Source: an uncultured Poribacteria bacterium (GTDB lineage Bacteria > Poribacteria > WGA-4E > WGA-3G). Taken from it: a DNA stretch of 64,000 nucleotides. The stretch covers positions 1,728,470 to 1,792,469 of the forward strand of contig OX639973.1 in NCBI GenBank assembly GCA_951828385.1. Direction: 5' to 3'. The translations under genes were made by a program, and so were the position numbers. Below the pieces are notes generated by a model that saw nothing but the letters and a program-made list of their open reading frames with translations, ran no database searches and was not told where the DNA came from. Shown piece after piece: positions 18,301 to 27,459 of this stretch (position 1 is its first letter; each line of letters opens with the position of its first letter).

Positions 18301-19148
18301 CAAATGGCAAGTTGTATTTGACCAACTCTCGGGGCAAAATGCAGCAGATGAATCTCAACGGTTCAGGTTTCCAACCGAATCTCATCGTCAACTTGGATTC
18401 TCCGCAAGGCATCGCCATAGATACTGCGGGTGGTAAAGTCTATTGGACAGAACAGACGGGCAATCACAGCGGCAGCATCCAGCGTGCCAATCTCGATGGT
18501 TCAAACGCCCAGTCGGTTCGGGAACTAATAAGTGCCCCCCAAGGGCTTGCGCTTGATACCGCAAACGGCAAGTTGTATCTGACCAACTCTCGGGGCAAAG
18601 TGCAGCAGATGAATCTCAACGGTTCAGGTTTCCAACCGAATCTCATCGTCAACTTGAATGCGCCGCAAGGCATCGCCATAGATCCTGCCGGTGGTAAAGT
18701 CTATTGGACAGAGGAAGGTAAGATCCGGCGTGCCAATCTCGATGGCAGTAGCCGCCAAGATGTTGCCACAGGTATAGGGACACCCATCAGCATCGCTTTG
18801 GACGCTGCCCCTGTGAGTGCGCCGTCCGCACCCGCGGCGGCTCCTGCAGTGCCCAACACGACGGTGCTACACCCGAACTATCCGAATCCGTTCAACCCCG
18901 AGACGTGGATACCGTATCAGTTGCAAAAACCTGCCGATGTCCAGATCTCCATCTACAGTCAAAGTGGCGTTCTCGTCCGTGAACTCTCTCTTGGGTATCA
19001 ACGCGCAGGTCAGTACATGTCGCGCAGTCGTGCCGCGTACTGGGATGGCCGCAATCAATTAGGTGAGCCGGTCGCGAGTGGTCTTTACTTTTACACGCTC
19101 ACCGCGGGCGATTTCTCCGCAACGCGGCGGATGCTCATCTTGAAGTAG
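15339..19148 (+). CDS. Large secreted protein: CARDB/Ig-like repeats, two YWTD beta-propellers, FlgD-Ig/T9SS-CTD-like domain
   Basis: AAGGAG RBS, signal peptide, repeated PG..FTL.ATV.N.G, KVYWTE..IRRANL repeats, NYPNPFNPETW tail. Confidence 0.88.
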   Translation: MLNIIGNRKIIVSILTMMFLIVGVQGISYAQAPDLRVSLEDVNPTSVAPGGNITLTATVRNHGGAPSVSTFLDYYQGVGPTPATTGSLIRSVSVKALDASNPSTSDEDKISISEAAPTGTGTYYYYARVRSSNNSSRVVRLEVTNVQPNLTVSLLYSQGSYNSVVPGGTFTLVATVENIGNGPSDPTNLTYSYRAATTTQTWTNEFPISGVTIPSLSVNESIQRSVTLPAPSISAPYFPGAYYYRVRVTPVNNESDAPGYSNNHSASVYITTASGDLVVDTPTVDKSTLAPGESFTLTATVRNNGIGNSGAATLRYYRSTDATISPDSTTGTADTEVGTADTISALSGYNTVNQIYPNTSTQTVELTAPTTAGTYYYGACVSTSYYETRSDNNCSAAVTITVSAPPDLVAELFELRGTATLAPGERFTLDATVTNEGEGQSAATTLRFYESIDRRFRSEDEVGRVSVSALAKDGTSNEGIRLVAPSEPGIYYYRVHVDEVANEESTSNNWSGYIEVFVEAPLVIESVQPSKFALSPRERFTLTATIKNDGDTVSARTVVEYYLSDDDSLTTRDTSIGTDTVSAIAAGRTTEVSRSLTAPNAAGTYYYGVCVGDGISSDACEVIEITVVAVLIRESQRPPMYWVDADVGTLQSLTGSSVDRLVPNVQNATSVVVDMAGDKVYWAEQTGNNSGRIRRANLNGSNVQLVRELTSVPQGLALDTANGTLYLTNSRGKVQRMNLNGSDFEADLIVNLQSPRGIAVDPAGGKVYWTEQTGDNSGRIRRANLNGSNIQSVREVRSVLQGLALDAANGKLYLTNSRGKVQQMNLNGSGFQPNLIVDLDSPRGIAVDVAGDKVYWTEEGKIRRANLDGSNPQDVATGLGTPDGIFLQVAPIAAVEILVRESQRPPMYWVDAGVGTLQSLTGSSVDALVSNVQNATSVALDIADDKVYWAEQTGNHSGSVWRANLNGTNPELVRELTTAPRRIALDTANGKLYLTNSRGKMQQMNLNGSGFQPNLIVNLDSPQGIAIDTAGGKVYWTEQTGNHSGSIQRANLDGSNAQSVRELISAPQGLALDTANGKLYLTNSRGKVQQMNLNGSGFQPNLIVNLNAPQGIAIDPAGGKVYWTEEGKIRRANLDGSSRQDVATGIGTPISIALDAAPVSAPSAPAAAPAVPNTTVLHPNYPNPFNPETWIPYQLQKPADVQISIYSQSGVLVRELSLGYQRAGQYMSRSRAAYWDGRNQLGEPVASGLYFYTLTAGDFSATRRMLILK

Positions 19149-19185
19149 CATGGGCTGTTGATAAATACGGCACAACATCGAAAAA

Positions 19186-19220
19186 ATAGGGAGGCGCGCT
19201 CCGGAAGCGTGCCTCCCTAT
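19186..19220. terminator. Hairpin downstream of the large secreted protein gene
   Basis: ATAGGGAGGCGCGCT...AGCGTGCCTCCCTAT. Confidence 0.55.
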
Positions 19221-19345
19221 GCTTTCCGAGAGACGCATACGATACCCTCTCACACCTCAACCCCTTCCACCACTCGCAAGGGGATGCTATCCTCTAAAAC
19301 AACCCGCAGAAACATTCGTAGCATTTCGCTACAAAGACGTCCAGC

Positions 19346-19812
19346 TTTGTAGCATAAACTTTTAGTTTGTGCTTTGTAGTATAAACTTCCAGTTTGTGCA
19401 TCTTTGTAGCATAAACTTTTAGTTTGTGCATCTTTGTAGCATAAACTTTTAGTTTGTGCATCTTTGTAGCATAAACTTTTAGTTTGTGCATCTTTGTAGC
19501 ATAAACTTTTAGTTTGTGCATCTTTGTAGCATAAACTTTTAGTTTGTGCATCTTTGTAGCATAAACTTCCAGTTTGTGCATCTTTGTAGCATAAACTTTT
19601 AGTTTGTGCATCTTTGTAGCATAAACTTTTAGTTTGTGCATCTTTGTAGCATAAACTTTTAGTTTGTGCATCTTTGTAGCATAAACTTCCAGTTTGTGCA
19701 TCTTTGTAGCATAAACTTTTAGTTTGTGCATCTTTGTAGCATAAACTTCCAGTTTGTGCATCTTTGTAGCATAAACTTCCAGTTTGTGCTTTGTAGCATA
19801 AACTTTTAGTTT
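19346..19812 (+). repeat. Tandem array of 16 GTAG-REP hairpin units (30-bp period) joined to the right half of a family A MITE ending near 19887
   Basis: Unit TTTGTAGCATAAACT(TTT/TCC)AGTTTGTGCATC; GTAG at 19349, 19376, every 30 bp from 19406 to 19766, and 19793. Confidence 0.95.
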
Positions 19813-19913
19813 CGGTTTCCAGTCTGAATGCCTGTTATAGGTATTCAGACTGTTTGAGAGTGCCCAATTAACTATAGGTTTTCCTATAAAATTGAATGGC
19901 TCTGAACTATTCC

Positions 19914-19970
19914 TCGATTTTCCTTGCACATATTTCACTTTAAATGATATATTATAACCCAAGTTGCTAC
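19914..19970 (+). promoter_or_regulatory. Duplicated promoter block, copy 2
   Basis: Near-identical to 14669-14728. Confidence 0.55.
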
Positions 19971-20152
19971 TAACAAATTTTGATGTTTTTGCTTGGGTAT
20001 TTCTGCGTATTTCAACGAAGGTGCTTAGGCATTTTCCTCACCCCTTGGGCGTGCTATGTCTATAGAAACGACTTACGTTAAATATACGGAGCAAACAACA
20101 GGCAAATAATGTGGTATTGCCTGTGTAGAAGAAATGGAGGAAACATTCTACA

Positions 20153-23100
20153 ATGTCACTGACACAGCTATTACGTTTAGACGCTTCAATATGGGTTCGC
20201 ACCAGTTGCTTGGGTTTTATAATACTCCTGCTGGGGGTATCAACTGCACTGCAACCTGCCGATGCCGAGAAACTTCAATTTGACCGCGATATCCGACCGA
20301 TCTTGTCGGATAAATGTTACGCCTGCCACGGTCCCGATCCGGCAGTCCGACAAGCCAACCTACGACTTGATACCAAAGACGGGGCGTTTTCTGCACCGAG
20401 CGGCTACCCGATCATCGTTCCGGGTGAACCCGAAAATAGCGAACTCGTCCTCCGTATAACACACGAGAATATTGACGAGCGGATGCCGCCGCAAATCTCC
20501 AATCGACAACCAACGCAGGAACAGATTGACACGCTCATCCAGTGGATTGCTGAAGGTGCCGAATGGGAAGAACACTGGGTCTATAATCTACCTAACCGGG
20601 TTGAACCCCCTACTGTCGAGAATACGGCATGGGTCCGCAACCCCATTGACGCGTTTATACTTGGGAAATTGGAACCGGAAGGACTTGCACCATCAACAGA
20701 AGCGGACAAACGGACGCTCATCCGTCGTTTGAACTTTGATCTGACCGGGCTGCTGCCGACACCCGCTGAAGTGGATCAGTTCTTAAGGGATGAAAGTCCT
20801 GATGCTTATGAATCACTTGTCAATAGACTTCTGTCTAAACCCCAGTACGGTGAGCAGTTGGCAATGTACTGGCTCGATCTCGTGCGCTACGCGGATACGA
20901 GCGGTTACCATGCTGACGAAAACGTGAGCGTCTGGCCCTATCGCGACTATGTCATAAAAGCATTTAATGACAATATGCCGTTTGATCAGTTCACAATCGA
21001 AAACCTCGCTGGCGATCTTCTACCAAACGCTACGCCTGCACAGAAAGTGGCTTCCGGTTATAACCGTCTGAATCAGACAACCTCAGAGGGGGGCGCACAA
21101 GCGAAGGAGTATCTCGCAATCTATGCAGCAGACCGGGTCCGGACAACCGCATCTGTCTGGTTAGGCGCGACCCTCGGCTGCGCACAGTGTCACGACCATA
21201 AGTTTGATCCCTTCACAGCAAAAGATTTTTACAGTTTCGCCGCGTTCTTCGCGGATGTCAAGGGACCTGGTGTATACGGCGGCGGTAGTAAATGGGAACC
21301 CGTCGTTATGCTACCCACACCGGCACAGGAATCAGGACTACATGAGATTGACGACGAATTAGCGAAGTTGGAGCAGATATTCAAAGCATCTTCTCCGGGA
21401 TTGGAAGCAGAGCAGACGAAATGGGAACACGAGATTCGTTCGCTTCTCGAATCAACAGAACCGACTGATTTCGCTTGGGTGGACGACGCGCAGGCAAACG
21501 GTGGTAGGAATCAAGGGACATGGACGTTTGTCGGCAAAAACGAAGCACCTGTTTTCAGTAAATTGTTATCACGTCGCCAGACAACCACAGATGAAAAAAC
21601 CATCCAGCACGCTTTCCAAGGTGCGAATCGGAAGTTTACCCTCGCTGAAGGCGATCAACTGTTTGCTTATGTCTGGATGGATCCTGAAGATTCCCCAAAA
21701 ACAGTTATGCTCCAATGGAACGACGGCAATTGGGATCACCGTGCCTTTTGGGGTGAAGACAAGATTGACTTCGGCGGGATTGGCAATGACACGCCTGCTC
21801 ACAAACCTATGGGACCACTACCCGCAGCCGGCGAGTGGGTTCGACTTGAAGTCGATCCAGCGGATGTCGGGTTGAAACCGGGAAGTGTCCTAAATGGGAT
21901 GGCTTTCGCGCAGTTTGGGGGTACCGCTTATTGGGATGTGGCTGGGATCGCAACCACTCGCGGTTCAGCAGTAAAACACACCCATACCGAACAGGTCATC
22001 GCAGCAATTCAGGTGGATTCCGCTGTTAGAACGACAAGTCAACGCGAACAGATTGCAGCGGCGTATCGCCGTATTACGCCCGCACTTGACGGTATCCGAA
22101 ACCAGATGGCGGAGTTGCGGAAGCAGAAAGCCGAAATCGAGAAACAGATTCCTTACTCACTTACCACTGAATCCACACTACCCCGTACGACGCGTGTGCT
22201 ACCGCGAGGCAACTGGTTGGACGATTCCGGTGAGATCGTCGAACCGATGATTCCGAGGTTCCTCGGCGATCTCGGTATCAAAAACCGGCGTCCGACCCGA
22301 TTAGAGCTCGCGCGATGGGTCGTCTCAAGGGATAATCCGTTGACAGCGCGTGCCTTTGTGAATCGTTTATGGGCACTTTACTTTGGAACAGGGCTCTCCC
22401 GTGTTTTAGATGACCTCGGCGCACAAGGTGAACCACCTGTACATCCTGAGCTGCTCGACTGGCTCGCCGTGGAATTTATGGAAAGCGGTTGGAACGTCAA
22501 ACATATCGTGAAACTTATTACCACCTCAAACACTTACCGTCAGTCCTCGAAAGCGACTGAGGTGTTACGCGAAAAGGACGCTTACAATCGCTTGATCGCA
22601 CGCCAATCCAGCTGGCGGCTCAATGCAGAGACCGTCCGCGACAACGCACTCCTATTGAGTGGGCTGCTTGTCCCCAAAATTGGCGGTCCGAGTGTGAGAC
22701 CTTACCAACCAATAGGATACTACTCGAACTTGAACTTCCCGAAGCGTACCTACGTGCACGACAAGGGAGAAAGCCTATATCGCCGTGGACTCTATACGCA
22801 TTGGCAGCGCACTTTCTTGCATCCAAGTATGATGGCGTTTGACGCACCGAGTCGTCAGGAATGCACCGCCGAGCGCGCAACATCGAATACACCGATGCAG
22901 GCATTGACCCTACTCAACGATCCAACTTACGTTGAGGCGGCACGTGTCTTTGCGACACGGATTATCCGCGAAGGGGGTGAATCCGTCGCGGAGCGTATCA
23001 ACTGGGCGTACCAATCGGCACTATCTCGGATGCCGCAGCCGAAGGAATTAGAGATTATGACAAATCTCTATGAGAAGCATCACGCCGAGTATACCGCTCA

Positions 23101-23236
23101 TTTTGATGCTGCTGGCGCGTTGGTCGCAGTAGGTGAGACACCTGCAACAGAGGATGTTAAACCCGCTGAACTTGCTGCGTGGACTTCTGTCGGACGGGTA
23201 ATACTGAATTTGCATGAAACAATCACTCGGTATTAA
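20153..23236 (+). CDS. Planctomycete cytochrome c domain plus DUF1549/DUF1553 (PSD1) protein
   Basis: CYACHG and CAQCHDHKFDP haem motifs, WLDLVRYADT, HPELLDWLA, PMQALTLLND. Confidence 0.92.
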   Translation: MSLTQLLRLDASIWVRTSCLGFIILLLGVSTALQPADAEKLQFDRDIRPILSDKCYACHGPDPAVRQANLRLDTKDGAFSAPSGYPIIVPGEPENSELVLRITHENIDERMPPQISNRQPTQEQIDTLIQWIAEGAEWEEHWVYNLPNRVEPPTVENTAWVRNPIDAFILGKLEPEGLAPSTEADKRTLIRRLNFDLTGLLPTPAEVDQFLRDESPDAYESLVNRLLSKPQYGEQLAMYWLDLVRYADTSGYHADENVSVWPYRDYVIKAFNDNMPFDQFTIENLAGDLLPNATPAQKVASGYNRLNQTTSEGGAQAKEYLAIYAADRVRTTASVWLGATLGCAQCHDHKFDPFTAKDFYSFAAFFADVKGPGVYGGGSKWEPVVMLPTPAQESGLHEIDDELAKLEQIFKASSPGLEAEQTKWEHEIRSLLESTEPTDFAWVDDAQANGGRNQGTWTFVGKNEAPVFSKLLSRRQTTTDEKTIQHAFQGANRKFTLAEGDQLFAYVWMDPEDSPKTVMLQWNDGNWDHRAFWGEDKIDFGGIGNDTPAHKPMGPLPAAGEWVRLEVDPADVGLKPGSVLNGMAFAQFGGTAYWDVAGIATTRGSAVKHTHTEQVIAAIQVDSAVRTTSQREQIAAAYRRITPALDGIRNQMAELRKQKAEIEKQIPYSLTTESTLPRTTRVLPRGNWLDDSGEIVEPMIPRFLGDLGIKNRRPTRLELARWVVSRDNPLTARAFVNRLWALYFGTGLSRVLDDLGAQGEPPVHPELLDWLAVEFMESGWNVKHIVKLITTSNTYRQSSKATEVLREKDAYNRLIARQSSWRLNAETVRDNALLLSGLLVPKIGGPSVRPYQPIGYYSNLNFPKRTYVHDKGESLYRRGLYTHWQRTFLHPSMMAFDAPSRQECTAERATSNTPMQALTLLNDPTYVEAARVFATRIIREGGESVAERINWAYQSALSRMPQPKELEIMTNLYEKHHAEYTAHFDAAGALVAVGETPATEDVKPAELAAWTSVGRVILNLHETITRY

Positions 23237-23299
23237 TCTAACGGGTAGGCGCGGTTTTCAACCGCCCTGCCATTACGCATTGACAGGAGACATTCACAA

Positions 23300-23713
23300 A
23301 TGGAACAGACAACACGAATCGAAATCGCGAATCAAAGCGATCTCGTTGCGGTCAGATTAGGTGTTATGAAATCCGAAGATGTTCGACGATTGACCGTTGA
23401 AGAAGCACTCGTTGATACCGGTGCCACAGGACTTTGTTTACCTGCACCACTCATCGAACAACTCGGACTCACGCCACTCAGAAGGGTTCAAGCAGAAACC
23501 GCCAATGGTACGGTAGAGCGCGTCATTTATTCAGAGGTAGAATATACCGTTCTGGAACGAAGCGACTCTATCCGGGTAACAGACCTGCCTGAGGGTATGC
23601 CTGTCCTCGTTGGACACATGGTTTTGGAAGCTCTTGACCTCTGTGTTGACATGAAAAAAGGATTAATTCATAATCCTGCACACGGTGGGGAATGGCGGAT
23701 AAGGATTCTCTGA
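23300..23713 (+). CDS. Clan AA (retropepsin-like) aspartyl protease
   Basis: ALVDTGATGLCLP catalytic motif; VLVG..VLE; AGGAG RBS. Confidence 0.85.
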   Translation: MEQTTRIEIANQSDLVAVRLGVMKSEDVRRLTVEEALVDTGATGLCLPAPLIEQLGLTPLRRVQAETANGTVERVIYSEVEYTVLERSDSIRVTDLPEGMPVLVGHMVLEALDLCVDMKKGLIHNPAHGGEWRIRIL

Positions 23714-23778
23714 AAACTAAATGACGCGTTGGCTGTTCCGTCGAAAACCTAAGTTCCATTTGTAAAAAGGAATTTGTC

Positions 23779-24177
23779 ATGGCTCTTTCACATTTAGATG
23801 TGTTTATGAGTACGATTTTCCTGCTATGTGTTTTTGTAGTGGTTGTGAACATACTGCGCGGAGGCCCAAGCATTTTCGGGCGTTTCATAAGAGGATTTAA
23901 CGGTAAGAATTCTGAATCTGGTGACGGAAATCATAAACAGGTAAAGTCCATAAATTGGAAAAAAGGGACGTTTAGACTTACGCTTGTCTTGTCCGTTCCA
24001 TTGGCGTGGTTATTTGGAGGAGATATTGGAGAAGAATGGTTTGGATCAGGGATGAGGGGCTTTTTGACCGGAGTCCTTATATTTTTCCTACTAATTTGGC
24101 TGGTTTATTTTCTAATCGGTCCCGCAATCATAAGAACCATAACATTTGTCATGAAAGGATTTATGGATAAAAACTGA
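23779..24177 (+). CDS. Hypothetical membrane protein
   Basis: AAGGA RBS; three hydrophobic segments. Confidence 0.6.
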   Translation: MALSHLDVFMSTIFLLCVFVVVVNILRGGPSIFGRFIRGFNGKNSESGDGNHKQVKSINWKKGTFRLTLVLSVPLAWLFGGDIGEEWFGSGMRGFLTGVLIFFLLIWLVYFLIGPAIIRTITFVMKGFMDKN

Positions 24178-24264
24178 GAAGTCTAACAAGTGAAAACTAT
24201 TGGATAGAGTACCGACTATCTAGTTTTTTAATGGCGATCATCGAATGAACGGGAGGTATCAGGT

Positions 24265-25704
24265 ATGGCTATGGATATTCATGAAGAAACCAAATTGCGC
24301 CTTACGAGGCGTACGTTTTTAGGGAAAACAGTGCGCGGTGTCGGATCCCTCGCACTCGCATCTTTACTGAGCCCATCAATTATCAATGCTGCAACGGAGA
24401 TTGAGAGATGGCCGGGAATTATTACCGAGCCCCATGTGCCACCCAAGGCGAAAACCATTATCCATCTCTGTATGGCAGGCGGTCCCTCGCATTTGGAGAC
24501 TTTGGATTACAAACCAAAACTGGCAGAATTACACGGGCAACCGATGCCAAAGTCTTTCACCGAAGGGCAGCCAATTGCGCAACTCCAAGGACAAGCGAAT
24601 TCGCTCAAGTGCTTGGGGCCCACACATGAATTCAAAAAATGGGGTGAATCCGGCCAAGATATGAGTACAGCGTTCCCACACATCGGGAGCCTCGCCGACG
24701 ATATTTGCATCGTCCGCTCCCTGAAAACCGAGCAGATTAATCACGACCCGGCACACACTTTCATGAACACCGGCACTGCAATCGCTGGTAGACCGAGCAT
24801 GGGGTCGTGGCTACTCTACGGACTTGGCAGTGAAAACGAAAACTTGCCGGGGTACGTTGTCCTCACCTCCTCTGGTGGCGGGCAGGACCAACCGATTGCG
24901 ACACGGCAGTGGCACAGCGGTTTTCTCCCAGGTCAGTTTCAAGGCGTTCAGTTCCATTCAACCGGCGATCCTGTTCACTATGTCACCAACCCCGGTGGCG
25001 TGAACACGGAACAGCAACGGGATGTTGTAGATGCCGTGCAATCGTTGAACAGTATGCTTGACGAAACAGTGGACGATCCAACCATCTCGACACGTATCAG
25101 TCAGTACGAAATGGCGTTCCGGATGCAGACGAGTGTCCCCGAATTGACTGACATCTCCAAAGAGCCCCAGAACGTTCTTGATATGTACGGCGCGAAGCCA
25201 GGTGACGGTTCCTATGCCTCAAACTGTCTGCTCGCGCGGCGGTTGGCGGAGCGCGGTGTGCGGTTTATCCAACTCTACCATCGCGGGTGGGATCATCACG
25301 GCGGTATTGAGAACGCGATTAAGACAACCGCTGGCTATGTTGATAAGGCAACCGCTGCGCTCGTCAACGATCTGAAACAACGTGGTATGTTAGACGAAAC
25401 TTTAGTCATCTGGGGTGGCGAGTTCGGTCGGACACCGATGGCACAAGGTACCGGGCGCGACCATCATATCAAAGGGTTCTCAATGTGGATGGCGGGTGGC
25501 GGTGTCAAAGGTGGTATCAGTTACGGGAACACCGATGAGTTGGGATACAATGCCGTTGAAAACATCGTCCATGTCCACGACTTCCACGCCACGATGTTAC
25601 ACCTCTTCGGGATTAACCACGAAAAGCTGGTCTACCGCTTCCAAGGACGGGATTTCCGCCTCACCGATGTCCACGGACACGTCGTCCGCGACATTTTGGC
25701 TTAA
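24265..25704 (+). CDS. DUF1501 family Tat-exported protein
   Basis: TRRTFL twin-arginine motif, MAGGPSH, WDHH, GEFGRTP, FRLTDVHG. Confidence 0.92.
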   Translation: MAMDIHEETKLRLTRRTFLGKTVRGVGSLALASLLSPSIINAATEIERWPGIITEPHVPPKAKTIIHLCMAGGPSHLETLDYKPKLAELHGQPMPKSFTEGQPIAQLQGQANSLKCLGPTHEFKKWGESGQDMSTAFPHIGSLADDICIVRSLKTEQINHDPAHTFMNTGTAIAGRPSMGSWLLYGLGSENENLPGYVVLTSSGGGQDQPIATRQWHSGFLPGQFQGVQFHSTGDPVHYVTNPGGVNTEQQRDVVDAVQSLNSMLDETVDDPTISTRISQYEMAFRMQTSVPELTDISKEPQNVLDMYGAKPGDGSYASNCLLARRLAERGVRFIQLYHRGWDHHGGIENAIKTTAGYVDKATAALVNDLKQRGMLDETLVIWGGEFGRTPMAQGTGRDHHIKGFSMWMAGGGVKGGISYGNTDELGYNAVENIVHVHDFHATMLHLFGINHEKLVYRFQGRDFRLTDVHGHVVRDILA

Positions 25705-25705
25705 A

Positions 25706-25730
25706 GTAGTAGGCACGCTCCGCGTGCCGT
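25706..25730 (+). repeat. GTAG-REP variant C
   Basis: GTAGTAGGCACGCTCCGCGTGCCGT, identical copy at 33406-33430. Confidence 0.7.
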
Positions 25731-25809
25731 TCACAAGTAGCGCACGCTCCGTCGGGTTCTCCATCAACCAAGAGAAGAAACCATTCTACAGAAATAGTGA
25801 GGTTGCAGA

Positions 25810-27099
25810 GTGACTTATGTGAAAAAAACTGACAGAATTTTAGTATACATCTCGTTCTTGCTGATGCTGACGGTATCTGCCTTCAGTCATGAGCTCCCGA
25901 TGGTGGAGCCTGAAGCAGTTGGGCTTTCTACCGAAAGGCTCTCAAGGGTTGATAAAGTAATGGAAAAGTATGTCGCGCAGCAGGAAATCGCTGGCGGCGT
26001 TACATTGCTTGCCCGACACGGAAAGATCGCACATCTCGGCACTTACGGTATGATGGATGTTGAGGCGGGAAAGCCGATGACACCGGACACCATTTTTCGT
26101 ATTGCGTCAATGACGAAGCCGATCACGAGCGTCGCTGTGATGATGCTTTATGAAGAAGGGCATTTTCGGTTGCATGAGCCGGTCTCAAAGTTCATTCCCG
26201 CTTTCAAAGAGATGCACGTGTTGCCGCCGGAAGATGCTGAAGATTCGGCATCACCTGTACCCGCAACACGGCAGATTACCATTTGGAACCTGCTCACCCA
26301 CACGTCCGGTCTAACGTATCACTGGAATGAGCGACTCGGTCCGAAATATAACGATGCGGGGATCACCCACGGGCTTCTGCAGGATGAGAGCACCCTCGCG
26401 GAGAAGATGAAAGTGTTGGCGACGATCCCGTTATTGCATCAACCGGGTGAAAAATTTGAGTACGGCCTATCAATAGATGTACTCGGTTACCTCGTCGAAG
26501 TCGTATCAGGGATGCCGTTCAATGAATTTCTCGCTGAGCGTATCTTTAAACCGCTTGGCATGACAGATACACACTTTTTTATTCCGGAAGCGAAACGTGA
26601 ACGGCTTGCGACAGTATATGAGCGAACCGGAGATGGTCCGATCATGCGAAAATCCAAAGAACCGACAGTGAATGGTCCACTGATTTATTCAACGGACTAT
26701 CCATACAACGGTCCACAAACCTATTTCTCTGGCGGTGCCGGGTTAGTCTCTACTGCCTCTGATTATGCCCGTTTTACACAGATGATGCTTAACGACGGGG
26801 AACTTGATGGTGTCCGATTGCTAAGCCGAAAGACTGTTGAATTCATGACGGCGGATCAGTTCGCTAAGATGGGTCTCGGCTCCGGATCCGGTCTCGGCTT
26901 TAGCATTGTCCGAGACGCATCGGACCTTAGAGACCTTGGGTCAGTTGGAGCGTATGGCGGGGGCGGTTTCTTCTTTACCAGTTTTTTCATTGACCCTCAA
27001 GAGCAGATGCACGGTCTCTTTATGTGTCAATTGCATCCGGGCGGTAGTGATCTCGCAGAGAGAATTCGCATCCTCTACTACCAAGCGATCGCCGACTGA
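25810..27099 (+). CDS. Serine hydrolase, beta-lactamase-like family
   Basis: FRIASMTK (SxxK), LLTHTSG, PGEKFEYG. Confidence 0.9.
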   Translation: MTYVKKTDRILVYISFLLMLTVSAFSHELPMVEPEAVGLSTERLSRVDKVMEKYVAQQEIAGGVTLLARHGKIAHLGTYGMMDVEAGKPMTPDTIFRIASMTKPITSVAVMMLYEEGHFRLHEPVSKFIPAFKEMHVLPPEDAEDSASPVPATRQITIWNLLTHTSGLTYHWNERLGPKYNDAGITHGLLQDESTLAEKMKVLATIPLLHQPGEKFEYGLSIDVLGYLVEVVSGMPFNEFLAERIFKPLGMTDTHFFIPEAKRERLATVYERTGDGPIMRKSKEPTVNGPLIYSTDYPYNGPQTYFSGGAGLVSTASDYARFTQMMLNDGELDGVRLLSRKTVEFMTADQFAKMGLGSGSGLGFSIVRDASDLRDLGSVGAYGGGGFFFTSFFIDPQEQMHGLFMCQLHPGGSDLAERIRILYYQAIAD

Positions 27100-27164
27100 A
27101 ATCGAACATTACCCTCTCACAAATAAGAGGACTACTGCGCGTTCATCTGACTTTGAGCCGCAAA

Positions 27165-27290
27165 TATAGTGAATCCTAAAAATAAATAGACATATTCGTA
27201 GCACAAACTTCCAGTTTGTGCCAGTCTGAATGCCTGTTATAGGTATTCAGACTGTTTCGGAGTGCCCAATTAATTCTAAACTTTACTATA
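27165..27290 (+). mobile_element. MITE family A copy
   Basis: Near-identical to 8331-8456. Confidence 0.8.
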
Positions 27291-27435
27291 ATACCATTTC
27301 TGTTAATAAGTCTCTCTTTTGTAGAATGATGCACGTCGCATCTGGGCGAGTACGCCACAAAACTGTTAGTTTGTTCCGCATCGCCACACACTTCAGGAGA
27401 ACCGGTAATGCGACATCATGATTTAGAAATGGTAT
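27291..27435. mobile_element. MITE-like element family B with 11-bp terminal inverted repeats
   Basis: ATACCATTTCT ... AGAAATGGTAT; related left end at 49397. Confidence 0.55.
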
Positions 27436-27459
27436 AACATAGGAAGGAAATTAAACGAT

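Noticed and set aside
19346..19812. CRISPR array
   Set aside because: Repeats are contiguous with no unique spacers, no cas genes are present, and the unit matches the RAYT-flanking REP
19294..19962. 222-aa ORF of KLKVYATKMH repeats
   Set aside because: Translation of a stop-free 30-bp repeat and MITE sequence; its start lies inside a promoter-like block with no RBS
25810..27099. Antibiotic-resistance beta-lactamase (and vanZ at 56144 as vancomycin resistance)
   Set aside because: Both are broad families, and nothing in the sequence or context supports a resistance function
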